A DNA stretch of 42,868 bases from Pseudonocardiales bacterium (GTDB lineage Bacteria > Actinomycetota > Actinomycetes > Mycobacteriales > QHCA01): assembly GCA_040003795.1 (NCBI GenBank), contig JBDUBV010000002.1, positions 1-42,868 on the forward strand. Direction: 5' to 3'. Below are positions 1 to 9,302 of the stretch, one piece after another. The notes below the pieces were generated by a model, which was given only the letters and a program-made list of their open reading frames with translations, was not told where the DNA came from and did no database searches. Each line of letters starts with the position of its first letter. Position 1 is the first letter of the stretch. The translations under genes were made by a program, and so were the position numbers.

Positions 1-78
1 GTCGGTGCGCACCGCGAGGGACTGCATGTTCTTGGTCAAGGCGACGAGGCTCGCGTGCTCCACGCTGATGTCGGGCAT
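1..78 (-). CDS. 5' end of an unknown protein (runs off the window)
   Basis: ATG at 78 (minus strand). The 26 visible codons (MPDISVEHASLVALTKNMQSLAVRTD) all end in G/C, as true genes here do. No family recognised. Confidence 0.35.
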   Translation of the reverse strand, partial: MPDISVEHASLVALTKNMQSLAVRTD

Positions 79-132
79 GGGCAAAGCCTAGGGATTTCGG
101 GGACCCCGGCCGGCTCGCTGTCCACAGGTTGG

Positions 133-1308
133 TCAGGGGTCCAGCCGGGCAAGGCGGGAGACCGCCTCATCGAGCACCTCGTCCCGCTTGCAGAAGGCGA
201 ACCGGACGAACGGCCGGCCCGCCTCGGGGTCGTCGTAGAACACTGCCGTCGGGATGGCGGCGACGCCGACGCGGGCGGGCAGCGCCCAGGCGAGTTCCGT
301 ACCGTCGGTGAACCCCAGCGGTCCTACGTCGGCCTGAATGAAGTACGTCCCGTCCGGCCGGACTACGCCGAACCCCGCAGTCATCAGCCCGGCAGCCAGG
401 CGGTCGCGTTTGGACTCCAGCGACGCGCGCAGTGCCTCGACCCAGGCCTGCTCGTGCGTCAGCGCGTGGGCGACAGCCAGTTGCAGGGCGCCGTTGGCGG
501 TGAACGTGAGGAACTGCTTGACTGTTCTGACCGCCGCGATCAGCTCCGGCGGGGCGCAGATCCAGCCGATCTTCCACCCGGTGACCGAGAAGGTCTTGCC
601 GGCCGAGGAGATCGACACGGTCCGCTCGCGCATCCCCGGCAAGGTGGCCAGCGGCACGTGCGCGACCCCGTCGAACGTCAGGTGCTCGTAGACCTCGTCG
701 GTGACCGCGAGCAGGTCGTGCTCCAAGCACAGTGCCGCGATCTCGGTGAGTTCGTCGAGGGCCAGAACGGTGCCGGTCGGGTTGTGCGGGGAGTTGACCA
801 GAACCAGCCGGGTCCGCGGCCCCACCGCTGCCCGCAGGGCGGCAGGGTCAAAGCTGAACCGGCCCTGTGCCGACGGCCGCAACGTCACCGGCCGCCGCAC
901 GGCGCCGGCCAGCGTGATCGCGGCGGCGTAGGAGTCGTAGTACGGCTCGAAGACGATCACCTCGTCGCCGGGATCGCACAGGGCGAGCAGGGCGGCCGCG
1001 ATCGCCTCTGTGGCGCCCACGGTGACGAGGACCTCGGTGTCGGGGTCGTGGACCAGCGCGTAGCGGGATCGGCGCTGCTCGGCGACCGCTGCGCGCAGGG
1101 CCGGCATGCCCGGACCCGGCGGGTACTGGTTGACACCCCCCCGGATCGCCTCAACGGCCGCCTCGATCATCGAGGCCGGGCCGTCGGTGTCGGGAAACCC
1201 CTGGCCGAGGTTGACCGCACCGGTGCGGGCGGCCAGCGCCGTCATCTCGGCGAAGATCGTCGTGCCGTACGGCTCCATCCGGGCGGTCAGCGGGCTGCGG
1301 TCGGGCAC
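133..1308 (-). CDS. PLP-dependent class I aminotransferase (YbdL/DapC/MtnE-like)
   Basis: 391-aa ORF with NLGQGFPD and a PLP-lysine context SISSAGKTFSVTGWKIG. Length and fold-type I layout fit. An alternative start lies at M11 (1278). Confidence 0.85.
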   Translation of the reverse strand: MPDRSPLTARMEPYGTTIFAEMTALAARTGAVNLGQGFPDTDGPASMIEAAVEAIRGGVNQYPPGPGMPALRAAVAEQRRSRYALVHDPDTEVLVTVGATEAIAAALLALCDPGDEVIVFEPYYDSYAAAITLAGAVRRPVTLRPSAQGRFSFDPAALRAAVGPRTRLVLVNSPHNPTGTVLALDELTEIAALCLEHDLLAVTDEVYEHLTFDGVAHVPLATLPGMRERTVSISSAGKTFSVTGWKIGWICAPPELIAAVRTVKQFLTFTANGALQLAVAHALTHEQAWVEALRASLESKRDRLAAGLMTAGFGVVRPDGTYFIQADVGPLGFTDGTELAWALPARVGVAAIPTAVFYDDPEAGRPFVRFAFCKRDEVLDEAVSRLARLDP

Positions 1309-1331
1309 CCGCCGAGACTAGCGTTGGCAGC

Positions 1332-2144
1332 GTGCTCGTCGCCGCCGCGCAGTTCACCGCCTCGCCCGACAAGGCGGCCAACCGCGACGGCTGCTGCGCG
1401 CTGATCCGCTCGGCCGCCGGCCGCGGTGCCGACCTGGTCGTCCTGCCCGAGGCGGCAATGCTGCCCTTCGGCCGGGGCGACGAGCCGCTGGCGGCGGTCG
1501 CCGAGCCGCTCGACGGCCCGTTCGTCGAGGGGCTCGGCGCGGCGGCCCGCGACGCGGGCGTCACCGTACTGGCCGGAATGTTCGAGGCCGTCCCCGGCGA
1601 CCACCATGTCTTCAACACCGTCGTCGCGGTCGACGGCTCCGGGGTGCTCGGTGCCTACCGCAAGGTGCACCTGTTCGACGCGCTCGGCTGGAAGGAGTCC
1701 GACCGCCTGCGGGCCGGCGAGCCGGCCGATCCGCTGCTGACCATGGCTCTGGGCGGCCTGACGGTCGGCGTGCTGACCTGCTACGACCTGCGTTTCCCGG
1801 AGCTGACCCGGGCCCTGGTCGACGCCGGCGCCACCCTGTTCGCGGTGCCGTCGGCGTGGGTGGCCGGCCCGCTCAAGGAGGACCACTGGGTCACCCTCGC
1901 CAGGGCGCGGGCGATCGAGAACACCTGCTACCTCGCCGGTGCCGGCCAGGGACCACCGGTCTACGCCGGGTGCAGCCTGATCGTGGACCCCATGGGCCTG
2001 GTGCTCGCGCAGTGCGGCGAGGTCGACGGCGTGGCGTTGGCCGAGGTAACGGCCGGGCGGGTGGCCGAAGTGCGCGCGAAACTGCCGTCACTGGAGCACC
2101 GCCGGTTTGCCGTCATGCCGGGTGTGCCGGTACCCGGCCGATAG
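1332..2144 (+). CDS. Carbon-nitrogen hydrolase (nitrilase superfamily, omega-amidase/Nit-like)
   Basis: 270 aa with a GTG start. Catalytic Cys context VLTCYDLRFPE, plus VVLPE and YRKVHLF, the elements of the Glu-Lys-Cys triad. Confidence 0.85.
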   Translation: MLVAAAQFTASPDKAANRDGCCALIRSAAGRGADLVVLPEAAMLPFGRGDEPLAAVAEPLDGPFVEGLGAAARDAGVTVLAGMFEAVPGDHHVFNTVVAVDGSGVLGAYRKVHLFDALGWKESDRLRAGEPADPLLTMALGGLTVGVLTCYDLRFPELTRALVDAGATLFAVPSAWVAGPLKEDHWVTLARARAIENTCYLAGAGQGPPVYAGCSLIVDPMGLVLAQCGEVDGVALAEVTAGRVAEVRAKLPSLEHRRFAVMPGVPVPGR

Positions 2145-2155
2145 GATCGGCGCTC

Positions 2156-2881
2156 GTGACACCTATTCCGGACTCGGAGATCCAGCGCGTCCTCGTCGTG
2201 ACGGCTCATCCCGACGACGTCGACTTCGGCGCGGCAGGCACCATCGCCGGCTGGACCGCAGCTGGCATCGAGGTCTCGTACTGCCTGGCGACCTACGGCG
2301 ACGCAGGCGGCTTCGACCCGGCGGTGCCGCGCTCGGAGATCCCGACGATCCGGGAGGCCGAGCAGCGGGCCGCCGCGGCAGTCGTGGGAGTCGAGGACGT
2401 GACATTCCTGGGCTACCCCGACGGGCGGGTCGACGTCTCGCAGGACCTGCGCCGCGACATCTCCCGACAGATCCGCCGGGTCCGGCCGCAGCGGGTGCTC
2501 ACCCAGTCGCCGGTACGCAACTACCAGCGGATCGGTGCCAGCCACCCCGACCACCTGCACACCGGCGAGGCGGCCCTGTGCGCCGTCTATCCAGACGCCC
2601 GCAACCCCTACGCCCACCCCGAACTCCTCCTCAACGAGGGACTGCAGGACTGGAAGGTCGCCGAGGTGTGGCTCATGGGCGGGCCGGAGCGCGACCACTA
2701 CTTCGACGTGACCGGCACCTTCGACAAGAAGGTGTCTGCGCTGCGGGAGCACAAGAGCCAGACGGCGCACATGGACGACCTCGAAGGGCTGCTGCGCACC
2801 TGGCTCACCGCCGGCGCGGAGGCGGCCGGCCTGCCCGATGGCCGGCTGGCGGAGGGCTTCCAGGTCGTCTCGACGGCCTGA
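2156..2881 (+). CDS. PIG-L/LmbE family deacetylase (MshB/Mca-like)
   Basis: GTG at 2156 begins VTPIPDSEIQRVLVVTAHPDDVDFG (AHPDD motif); a later HPDH is present. The ORF-track N-terminal extension from 1856 overlaps the previous gene. Confidence 0.8.
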   Translation: MTPIPDSEIQRVLVVTAHPDDVDFGAAGTIAGWTAAGIEVSYCLATYGDAGGFDPAVPRSEIPTIREAEQRAAAAVVGVEDVTFLGYPDGRVDVSQDLRRDISRQIRRVRPQRVLTQSPVRNYQRIGASHPDHLHTGEAALCAVYPDARNPYAHPELLLNEGLQDWKVAEVWLMGGPERDHYFDVTGTFDKKVSALREHKSQTAHMDDLEGLLRTWLTAGAEAAGLPDGRLAEGFQVVSTA

Positions 2882-2961
2882 GCGCTGCTGCGGCGGCCGT
2901 GCGGGTCGGCCCCATCCGCCGCCCCTTGCCCTGCCCCGCCCTCGACCCTGGCCCTGCACTG

Positions 2962-3049
2962 CGGCCGCCCGCCGCCGCCCCGCACCTGGTGATCATGGAA
3001 CTTTGCAGGGCAACACGCCAGTGGGGCCCACCAGAATTCCATGATCACC
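2962..3049. repeat. Palindromic intergenic repeat, copy 1 (REP/MITE-like hairpin)
   Basis: Perfect 13-bp inverted arms GGTGATCATGGAA (2988-3000) and TTCCATGATCACC (3037-3049). The GC-rich lead-in and core GTGATCATG..TTTGCAGG..CACGCC recur at 32183-32266. It sits between convergent genes. Confidence 0.55.
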
Positions 3050-3101
3050 ATCGATGGTGGTAGGCGGGCCTCGGAAGGATTTGGCGGGGAGGCGGCGGGT
3101 G

Positions 3102-3737
3102 CTAGACGATCCGGCGGTCGGTGGCCCACCGGGTGAGCTCATGACGGTTGGACAGTTGCAGCTTGCGCAGCACGCTGGAGGCATGGGTCTCGACCGTCTT
3201 GATCGAGATGAACAGCTCCGCGGCTATCTCCTTGTACGCATAGCCCCTGGCGAGCAGGCGCAGCACCTCCCGTTCGCGGGAGGTGAGCAGGTCGAGTTCG
3301 GGATCACTGACCTGGGTATCCGCCCGGTAGGAGAAGGCATCGAGGACGAAGCCGGCCAGCCGCGGGGAGAACACCGCGTCACCCTCGGCGACCCGGCGGA
3401 CCGAGTCGGCGAGGTCGGCGCCGGAGATGGTCTTGGTGACGTAGCCGCGGGCGCCGGCGCGGATGACCCCGATCACGTCCTCGGCGGCGTCGGAGACGCT
3501 GAGCGCGAGGAAGCGGACCTCGGGATGGGTCGACCGCACCGCCTCGATGACCGCCTTGCCGCCGCCGTCGGGAAGGTGCACATCGAGCAGCACCACCTCG
3601 GGCTCCGTGCCGCGAATCCCGGTCACGGCCTCGGCGACCGTACCGGCTTCTCCCAGCACCTCGAACAGTCCGCCGAGCTCGGCGCGTACGCCCGTGCGGA
3701 ACATCGCGTGGTCGTCGACCAGGAAGACGGTAGTCAT
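3102..3737 (-). CDS. NarL/LuxR-family response regulator (LiaR-like)
   Basis: 211 aa. Receiver residues are intact (VFLVDDH, VVLLDVHLPDG). C-terminal HTH LTSREREVLRLLARGYAYKEIAAELFISIKTVETH. Its start overlaps the kinase stop by 4 nt. Confidence 0.9.
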   Translation of the reverse strand: MTTVFLVDDHAMFRTGVRAELGGLFEVLGEAGTVAEAVTGIRGTEPEVVLLDVHLPDGGGKAVIEAVRSTHPEVRFLALSVSDAAEDVIGVIRAGARGYVTKTISGADLADSVRRVAEGDAVFSPRLAGFVLDAFSYRADTQVSDPELDLLTSREREVLRLLARGYAYKEIAAELFISIKTVETHASSVLRKLQLSNRHELTRWATDRRIV

Positions 3738-4939
3738 GCCGGCGCCCTCGTCATCGTCAGCCGCACCTCTGTGCCCTCGCCGGGCGTGCTGCGCACGTCG
3801 GCGGTGCCGCCGTGGCGTTCCATCCGGCCGACGATGGACCCGGTCACGCCGTGCCGGTCAGGATCCACGGCAGCCGGGTCGAATCCCTTGCCACGGTCGC
3901 GGACGAAGACGGTCACCTCGGCGGGCTCCACCTCGGCATAGAGGGACACTTCGCCGACCCCTGCGTGGCGTGCCGCGTTGACCAGCGCTTCCCGCGCCGC
4001 GGCTACCAGCGCGGTGAGCCGCTCGTCGACCGGGCAGTCGGCTACCACAACCGTCTCGACGGACACCGCGAACTCGTCCTCCACGGCAGCCGCGGTGGCT
4101 TCCAGGGCGGCGGCGAACCGCTCGTCCGGTGATCCCGCCGGCCGGTAGAGCCAGCTGCGCAGCTCACGTTCCTGCCCGCGGGCCAGCCGGACCACCTCGC
4201 GCGGGTCCTCGACGTGGCGCTGGATCATGGCGAGGGTGTGCAGGACGGAGTCGTGCACGTGGGCCGCGACTTCGGCCCTCTCCTGGCTGCGGATGCGCTC
4301 CCGCTGCTCGCTGGCCAGGTCCTGCCAGATCCGCCACAGCCACGGGCCGGTCACCACGGCCAACCCGATGAGGATGACTGCCGTACCGATGAGCCCGCGC
4401 CGGATGACCCCCAACTGGCCGCTGATCGCCAGGGCGCCGGCCAGCCCGATCGTCACCAGTACGACACCCAACACGACCCGCAGGACTGCCCTTCTGCGGC
4501 CGCCCGCGACGCCACCCATCAGCCGCTGCCACCTCATCCGCTGGGCGTCGTCGGCCTGCCGCCAGATGAGGGCGCCTCCGGCGACCACCACCGCCACGGG
4601 CACGACGAAGGTGCTGCCGGCACCCAGGTCCAACTGCTGTACGGCGATCAGCAGGCCGGCCGCCAGCGCACCGAAGGCCACCAGTTGGCCGGGCACCTCC
4701 GTGCGGGGCCGGGTGGCCGGGATGGGGACAGGGACGGAGTCGCCGGGAGCCTCGCGGACGAATGCCCAGAAGGCGGCGTACAACACAACACCCAGCCCGT
4801 TGAAGGCAGTGAGCACCACGAAGGCCAGCCGGACCTGCAGGGGGCTCAGCCCCAGGTGGTCGGCCAGCCCACGGGCGACGCCGGCGACGAGCCTGCCGTC
4901 GCTGCGCCGGTAGAGCCGGGGTGAGTCGGTCATCGTCAT
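3734..4939 (-). CDS. Sensor histidine kinase with N-terminal PspC domain (NarL-type HisKA_3)
   Basis: 401 aa. N-terminus LYRRSDGRLVAGVARGLADHLGLSPLQVRLAFVVL is PspC-like, followed by several TM helices. H-box AAHVHDSVLHTL; HATPase region ALVNAARHA...DRGKGF. Confidence 0.85.
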   Translation of the reverse strand: MTMTDSPRLYRRSDGRLVAGVARGLADHLGLSPLQVRLAFVVLTAFNGLGVVLYAAFWAFVREAPGDSVPVPIPATRPRTEVPGQLVAFGALAAGLLIAVQQLDLGAGSTFVVPVAVVVAGGALIWRQADDAQRMRWQRLMGGVAGGRRRAVLRVVLGVVLVTIGLAGALAISGQLGVIRRGLIGTAVILIGLAVVTGPWLWRIWQDLASEQRERIRSQERAEVAAHVHDSVLHTLAMIQRHVEDPREVVRLARGQERELRSWLYRPAGSPDERFAAALEATAAAVEDEFAVSVETVVVADCPVDERLTALVAAAREALVNAARHAGVGEVSLYAEVEPAEVTVFVRDRGKGFDPAAVDPDRHGVTGSIVGRMERHGGTADVRSTPGEGTEVRLTMTRAPA

Positions 4940-5075
4940 CTGCCCTGATGGTCACACGGCGCGCGCCGCCGGCACATCAGGCCGCACCCCTGGGATCGGG
5001 TGGCAAGCAAGACCAGGGTCAGCTCAGGGTGTGCCCCGATGGTCCCCCGCAGTCCCGATCGACAGGATCGGGGGC

Positions 5076-6296
5076 ATGACACAAGACGACAGGGACACCG
5101 AGGGCACCGCCACCGCTCAGGAAACGTTCGCCCCACCTCCCGCTGATCCGCCCACGAGCCGGCCGGCGTTGCGCCGCAGCAGCGTCGACCGCAAGATCGC
5201 CGGCGTCTGCGGCGGGCTGGGCCGTTACACCGGCATCGACCCGATCGTGTTCCGGGTGGTGCTCGCCGTGACGTCCATCTTCGGTGGGCTGGGCCTGCTG
5301 ATCTACCTGGGTGCGTGGCTGTTCCTGTCGGCAGACGGTGACACAGCGTCGCCGGTGGAGGCACTGCTCGGGCGTGGCCTCAGCAGGACGTCGGCGACGA
5401 ACACCTTGCTCCTCGCCGTCGCGGCCTGCCTCGCCCTCGCATTCGTCGTCGGCCGCCCGAGCTTTCCCCTGGTCGCTCTCGCCGTGGTGGGCGTCGTCCT
5501 GTTCGTTCGCCACCGGCAGCCGGCCGGCCTGACCACCATCTCCGATGCCCCGGGCGCCACCTTCAGCCCGCCCGTTGCAGAGTCGCACCCCCCCGACCCC
5601 CCGCCCTTTGCCCCGCACGGCCCATACGGTCCGCCGTACGCCGGAGCGCCTGTTGTCCCGCCGTTGCCGACACCAAGACGGGTGCCCTCACCGCTGGGTC
5701 GGATCGTCCTGTCGGCGACGCTGCTCCTCGTCGGAGCGATGGCCGCGATCGACCAGGTGCACGGCGTGCACATCCCTGCACCGGCCTACGTGGCAGCCGC
5801 GCTGGCTCTGGTGGGCTGCGGCCTCGTCGTCGGCGCGTGGTTCGGCCACGCCCGATGGCTGATCGCCGTCGGTCTGGTGCTCTGCGTAGCGCTCGCCGTG
5901 GCCAGTGCCGTGCCGCACGCCCGGCACATCGGCACTGCTACCGGTAATCGCACCTGGGTGCCGATGCACGCGTCGGACATCCACGCGGTCTACCAGCTTG
6001 GCGCCGGCAACGCCACGCTCGACCTGACGAGGGTCGACTTCACCGACGCCACCGCGGCCACGACGGTGCACCTGGGAGTCGGAGAGGTGCGCGTGCTGCT
6101 CCCGGCGCATGTGGACGCAATAGTGCACGGCAGCACGGGCGCGGGCGCGCTGGAGATTCTCGGCAAGCGCGCCAACGGCACCGGCCTGCGCGAGACGGTG
6201 ACCGACCCCGGTGCCGACGGTACCGGCGGCGGGACGCTCCACCTTTTCCTGGACAACGGCATCGGCAACGTGGAGGTCACCCGTGAACAGGCATAG
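5076..6296 (+). CDS. PspC-domain membrane protein with LiaF-like C-terminal domain
   Basis: ATG at 5076 (MTQDDRD...). PspC motif LRRSSVDRKIAGVCGGLGRYTGIDPIVFRVVLAV, multiple TM helices, and a beta-rich C-terminal region (GNATLDLTRVDF...GVGEVRVLLP...GIGNVEVTRE) as in LiaF/DUF2154. Divergent from the kinase operon. Confidence 0.8.
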   Translation: MTQDDRDTEGTATAQETFAPPPADPPTSRPALRRSSVDRKIAGVCGGLGRYTGIDPIVFRVVLAVTSIFGGLGLLIYLGAWLFLSADGDTASPVEALLGRGLSRTSATNTLLLAVAACLALAFVVGRPSFPLVALAVVGVVLFVRHRQPAGLTTISDAPGATFSPPVAESHPPDPPPFAPHGPYGPPYAGAPVVPPLPTPRRVPSPLGRIVLSATLLLVGAMAAIDQVHGVHIPAPAYVAAALALVGCGLVVGAWFGHARWLIAVGLVLCVALAVASAVPHARHIGTATGNRTWVPMHASDIHAVYQLGAGNATLDLTRVDFTDATAATTVHLGVGEVRVLLPAHVDAIVHGSTGAGALEILGKRANGTGLRETVTDPGADGTGGGTLHLFLDNGIGNVEVTREQA

Positions 6297-6519
6297 CAGC
6301 GATGTCGTGTCCCTGGTGGCAGGGTTGATCTTCATCGGCATCGCGGCACTGTGGGCAATGGCCCGGGCCGACCTGCTGCCCGGCAGCCGCGGCTGGTTGC
6401 TGCCGGTCGTGCTCGTGGCGGCCGGCGCCGCCGGGCTGTACACCGCCGTACGGCGCGGCCGCGACGCCGAGGGAGCAGGCCAGGAACCCCTCGGGGGTCA
6501 GGAGGGCGGGCCGGCGTGA
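6283..6519 (+). CDS. Small two-TM membrane protein (78 aa)
   Basis: GTG at 6283 overlaps the PspC/LiaF gene end by 14 nt. Two hydrophobic helices (VVSLVAGLIFIGIAALWAM; WLLPVVLVAAGAAGLY). High GC3. Confidence 0.5.
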   Translation: MNRHSSDVVSLVAGLIFIGIAALWAMARADLLPGSRGWLLPVVLVAAGAAGLYTAVRRGRDAEGAGQEPLGGQEGGPA

Positions 6520-6698
6520 TCTCGGCTGCACTGGCCGCGATGCTGCTGCCGGTCCCGGTGCTACTCCTCGGCTGGGCGGTGTGGCCGCCGGAATTCGACG
6601 ATGACCCGAGCAGTTACCCGACGGCGGTGATGGTGGCTGACGTGCGGTCGAGTAGCAGGGCCGCGGAGTCGGCCATGCTGTCACCTCTGCCGACTTGA
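6516..6698 (+). CDS. Possible small membrane protein (60 aa)
   Basis: GTGA start/stop overlap with the previous small ORF (6516-6519). One hydrophobic helix (ISAALAAMLLPVPVLLLGWAVW). GC3 is moderately high. Confidence 0.35.
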   Translation: MISAALAAMLLPVPVLLLGWAVWPPEFDDDPSSYPTAVMVADVRSSSRAAESAMLSPLPT

Positions 6699-6763
6699 TC
6701 GGCCAGCTCGGGGAGCGCTTGTGGAAACCGCACCTTCGGCGATTGCCCCACCGTCCGGACCGG

Positions 6764-8317
6764 CTACTCCCACTCGATGGTGCCGGGGGGCTTGCTCGTC
6801 ACATCGAGGACTACCCGGTTGATCTCGCGTACCTCGTTGGTGATCCGGGTCGAGATCCGGGCCAGCACGTCGTAGGGGACCCGCGACCAGTCGGCGGTCA
6901 TCGCGTCCTCCGAGGACACCGGCCGCAGCACGACGGGGTGGCCGTAGGTCCGCCCGTCGCCCTGCACGCCCACTGATCGGACATCGGCCAGGAGCACGAC
7001 GGGGCACTGCCAGATCTCGCGGTCCAGGCCGGCCAGCGTCAACTCCTCGCGGGCGATCGCGTCGGCCTCGCGCAGGACGTCAAGGCGCTCGGCGGTGACC
7101 GCGCCGACGATCCGGATCGCCAACCCCGGGCCGGGGAAGGGCTGCCGCCAGACGATCTCCTGCGGCAGGCCGAGTTGCTCGCCCACCCGGCGTACCTCGT
7201 CCTTGAACAACGTCCGCAGCGGCTCGACCAAGGCGAACTGCAAGTCCTCGGGCAACCCGCCCACGTTGTGGTGGGACTTGATGTTGGCGGTGCCCGAGCC
7301 TCCGCCGGATTCCACCACGTCGGGATACAACGTGCCCTGCACCAGGAAGTCCACGGCCTCCGACGCCGAGATCGCACGTGCCGCGCCCTCGAACGCGCGG
7401 ATGAACTCCCGGCCGATCGCCCTGCGCTTGTCCTCCGGCTCGCTCACGTCGTCCAGCGCCGCCAGGAACGCAGCGGTCGCATCGACGACATGCAGGCGTA
7501 CGCCGGTGGCCGCCACGAAGTCCCGCTCCACCTGTTCGGCCTCACCCTTGCGCAGCAGGCCATGATCGACGAAGACGCAGGTCAGCTGCTCGCCGACGGC
7601 CCGCTGCACGAGGGCGGCGGCGACCGCGGAGTCGACCCCCCCGGACAAGCCGCAGATCACCCGCTTGCCGCCGACCTGGGCCCGGATCCGGTCGACCTGG
7701 GCGTCGATGATGTTGGTCTCTGTCCACTGCGGGAGGCAGCCCGCGCCGTCGTACAAGAATCGTTCGAGCATCCGCTGGCCGTACTCGGTGTGCAGGACTT
7801 CCGGGTGGAACTGCACCCCGAACAGCGCCCGGGAGGGGTCCTCGAATGCTGCCACCATGGCCCCCGGCGTGGTGGCGGTCACGGTGAAGGCAGGCGGCGC
7901 GGCGGTGCATGAGTCGCCGTGCGACATCCACACCGGCTGGTGCTGGGGCAGGCCGCGCAGCAGCACACCGGGTGTCACCACCGACATCGAGGTGCCGCCG
8001 AACTCCGACAGCCCGGTGTGGGTCACCTCCCCGCCGAGCGACTGCGCCATCGCCTGGAAGCCGTAACAGATCCCCAGGGTCGGCACGCCGGCCGACAGCA
8101 GGGCCGGGTCGAGGGCCGGCGCCCCCACCGCGTAGACCGAGGACGGCCCGCCGGAGAGGATGATCGCCTTGGGCCGGCGGGTCAGCAGGTCGGCGACCGG
8201 AGTGTCGTGCGGCACGATCTCGCTGTAGACGTGCGCCTCCCGCACCCGCCGGGCGATGAGCTGGGCATACTGCGCGCCGTAGTCGACGACCAGGACGGTG
8301 TCGGTGGACGCGGTCAC
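6764..8317 (-). CDS. guaA: GMP synthase (glutamine-hydrolysing)
   Basis: GTG at 8317 begins [24 protein letters not shown]. GATase Cys LGICYGFQ; ATP-PPase loop SGGVDSAV; C-terminal PPGTIEWE. Confidence 0.95.
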   Translation of the reverse strand: MTASTDTVLVVDYGAQYAQLIARRVREAHVYSEIVPHDTPVADLLTRRPKAIILSGGPSSVYAVGAPALDPALLSAGVPTLGICYGFQAMAQSLGGEVTHTGLSEFGGTSMSVVTPGVLLRGLPQHQPVWMSHGDSCTAAPPAFTVTATTPGAMVAAFEDPSRALFGVQFHPEVLHTEYGQRMLERFLYDGAGCLPQWTETNIIDAQVDRIRAQVGGKRVICGLSGGVDSAVAAALVQRAVGEQLTCVFVDHGLLRKGEAEQVERDFVAATGVRLHVVDATAAFLAALDDVSEPEDKRRAIGREFIRAFEGAARAISASEAVDFLVQGTLYPDVVESGGGSGTANIKSHHNVGGLPEDLQFALVEPLRTLFKDEVRRVGEQLGLPQEIVWRQPFPGPGLAIRIVGAVTAERLDVLREADAIAREELTLAGLDREIWQCPVVLLADVRSVGVQGDGRTYGHPVVLRPVSSEDAMTADWSRVPYDVLARISTRITNEVREINRVVLDVTSKPPGTIEWE

Positions 8318-9261
8318 GCCGCGGGGGCGCTCAGCTCTTCGTAGCGAACGCCGGTCAACTCCTTCGAGACCTCCCAGAGCCGGGCCGCGCTCGGCTCGTC
8401 GCCGGCCCAGGTGCTGCGGCCGACGCGTTGGGGGTAGCCGCGCTGCTCGCCCATGCCGCTCGGACCGAAATACTCGTTGCCGACGACATCGGGCATCGTG
8501 GCGGCGTAGAGCTGGGGCCACGCGCCGGCAGCCTCACTCTGCCCGAACAGCTTGAACACCACCTTGGCACCCAGGCTCTTCAGTCGCGAGGTGGGCTGGC
8601 CGGGCCGGGCCTGCATCAGGCTGGTCGCGGCGAGCCCGGGATGCGCCGCAGCGCTCACCAGGGAGGTCCCGGCGGCGCCGGCCCGGCGGTCGAGCTCGGC
8701 GGCGAACAGTAAGTTCGCCAGCTTGGACTGGGAGTACGCCCCGATGGCGCTATAGGAGCGTTCGCTCTGCAGGTCGTCGAAGTTGATCCTCTTCGCCCCG
8801 CGGTGGGCATTGCTGCTCACCGTCACGACCCGGGGTGCAGGTGCGGCGAGCAGCAGGGGGAGCACCCGGCCGGTCAGCGCGAAGTGACCGAGGTGGTTGG
8901 TGCCGAGCTGCTTCTCGAAGCCGTCAGCGCTGTGTTGGTGCGGGATCGCCATCACCCCGGCGTTGTTGACCAGGATGTCGAGGCGCTCGACGCGGGACGC
9001 GACGTCGGCGGCGGCCGAACTGATCGAGGACAGGTCGGCCAGGTCCAGGGGAACCAGCTCGAAGGACGCATCGGGTGCGGCCGCACGGGCCCGTTGCATG
9101 GCCTGCTCCCCACGTGACACGTCGCGGGTGGCCATCAGCACTCGGGCACCGTGCCTGCCCAGCTGCAGGGCGGTGTGGAAGCCCAGCCCGCTGTTGGCCC
9201 CGGTGACCAGGGCCGTCCGGCCACTCTGGTCCGGGATGTCCTCCGCCGTCCACCCTGCCAC
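8314..9261 (-). CDS. Short-chain dehydrogenase/reductase
   Basis: GTG at 9261 lies 7 nt after [15 protein letters not shown] (TGxxxGxG), NNAG and YSQSK (YxxxK) are present. Its stop overlaps the guaA start as GTGA. The rest of the 624-aa track ORF is an out-of-frame overlap with guaB3. Confidence 0.85.
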   Translation of the reverse strand: MAGWTAEDIPDQSGRTALVTGANSGLGFHTALQLGRHGARVLMATRDVSRGEQAMQRARAAAPDASFELVPLDLADLSSISSAAADVASRVERLDILVNNAGVMAIPHQHSADGFEKQLGTNHLGHFALTGRVLPLLLAAPAPRVVTVSSNAHRGAKRINFDDLQSERSYSAIGAYSQSKLANLLFAAELDRRAGAAGTSLVSAAAHPGLAATSLMQARPGQPTSRLKSLGAKVVFKLFGQSEAAGAWPQLYAATMPDVVGNEYFGPSGMGEQRGYPQRVGRSTWAGDEPSAARLWEVSKELTGVRYEELSAPAA

Positions 9262-9302
9262 GAGGTCGCTCCTCCATTGTGTCTGCGTACGCCTTGGTCT
9301 GT

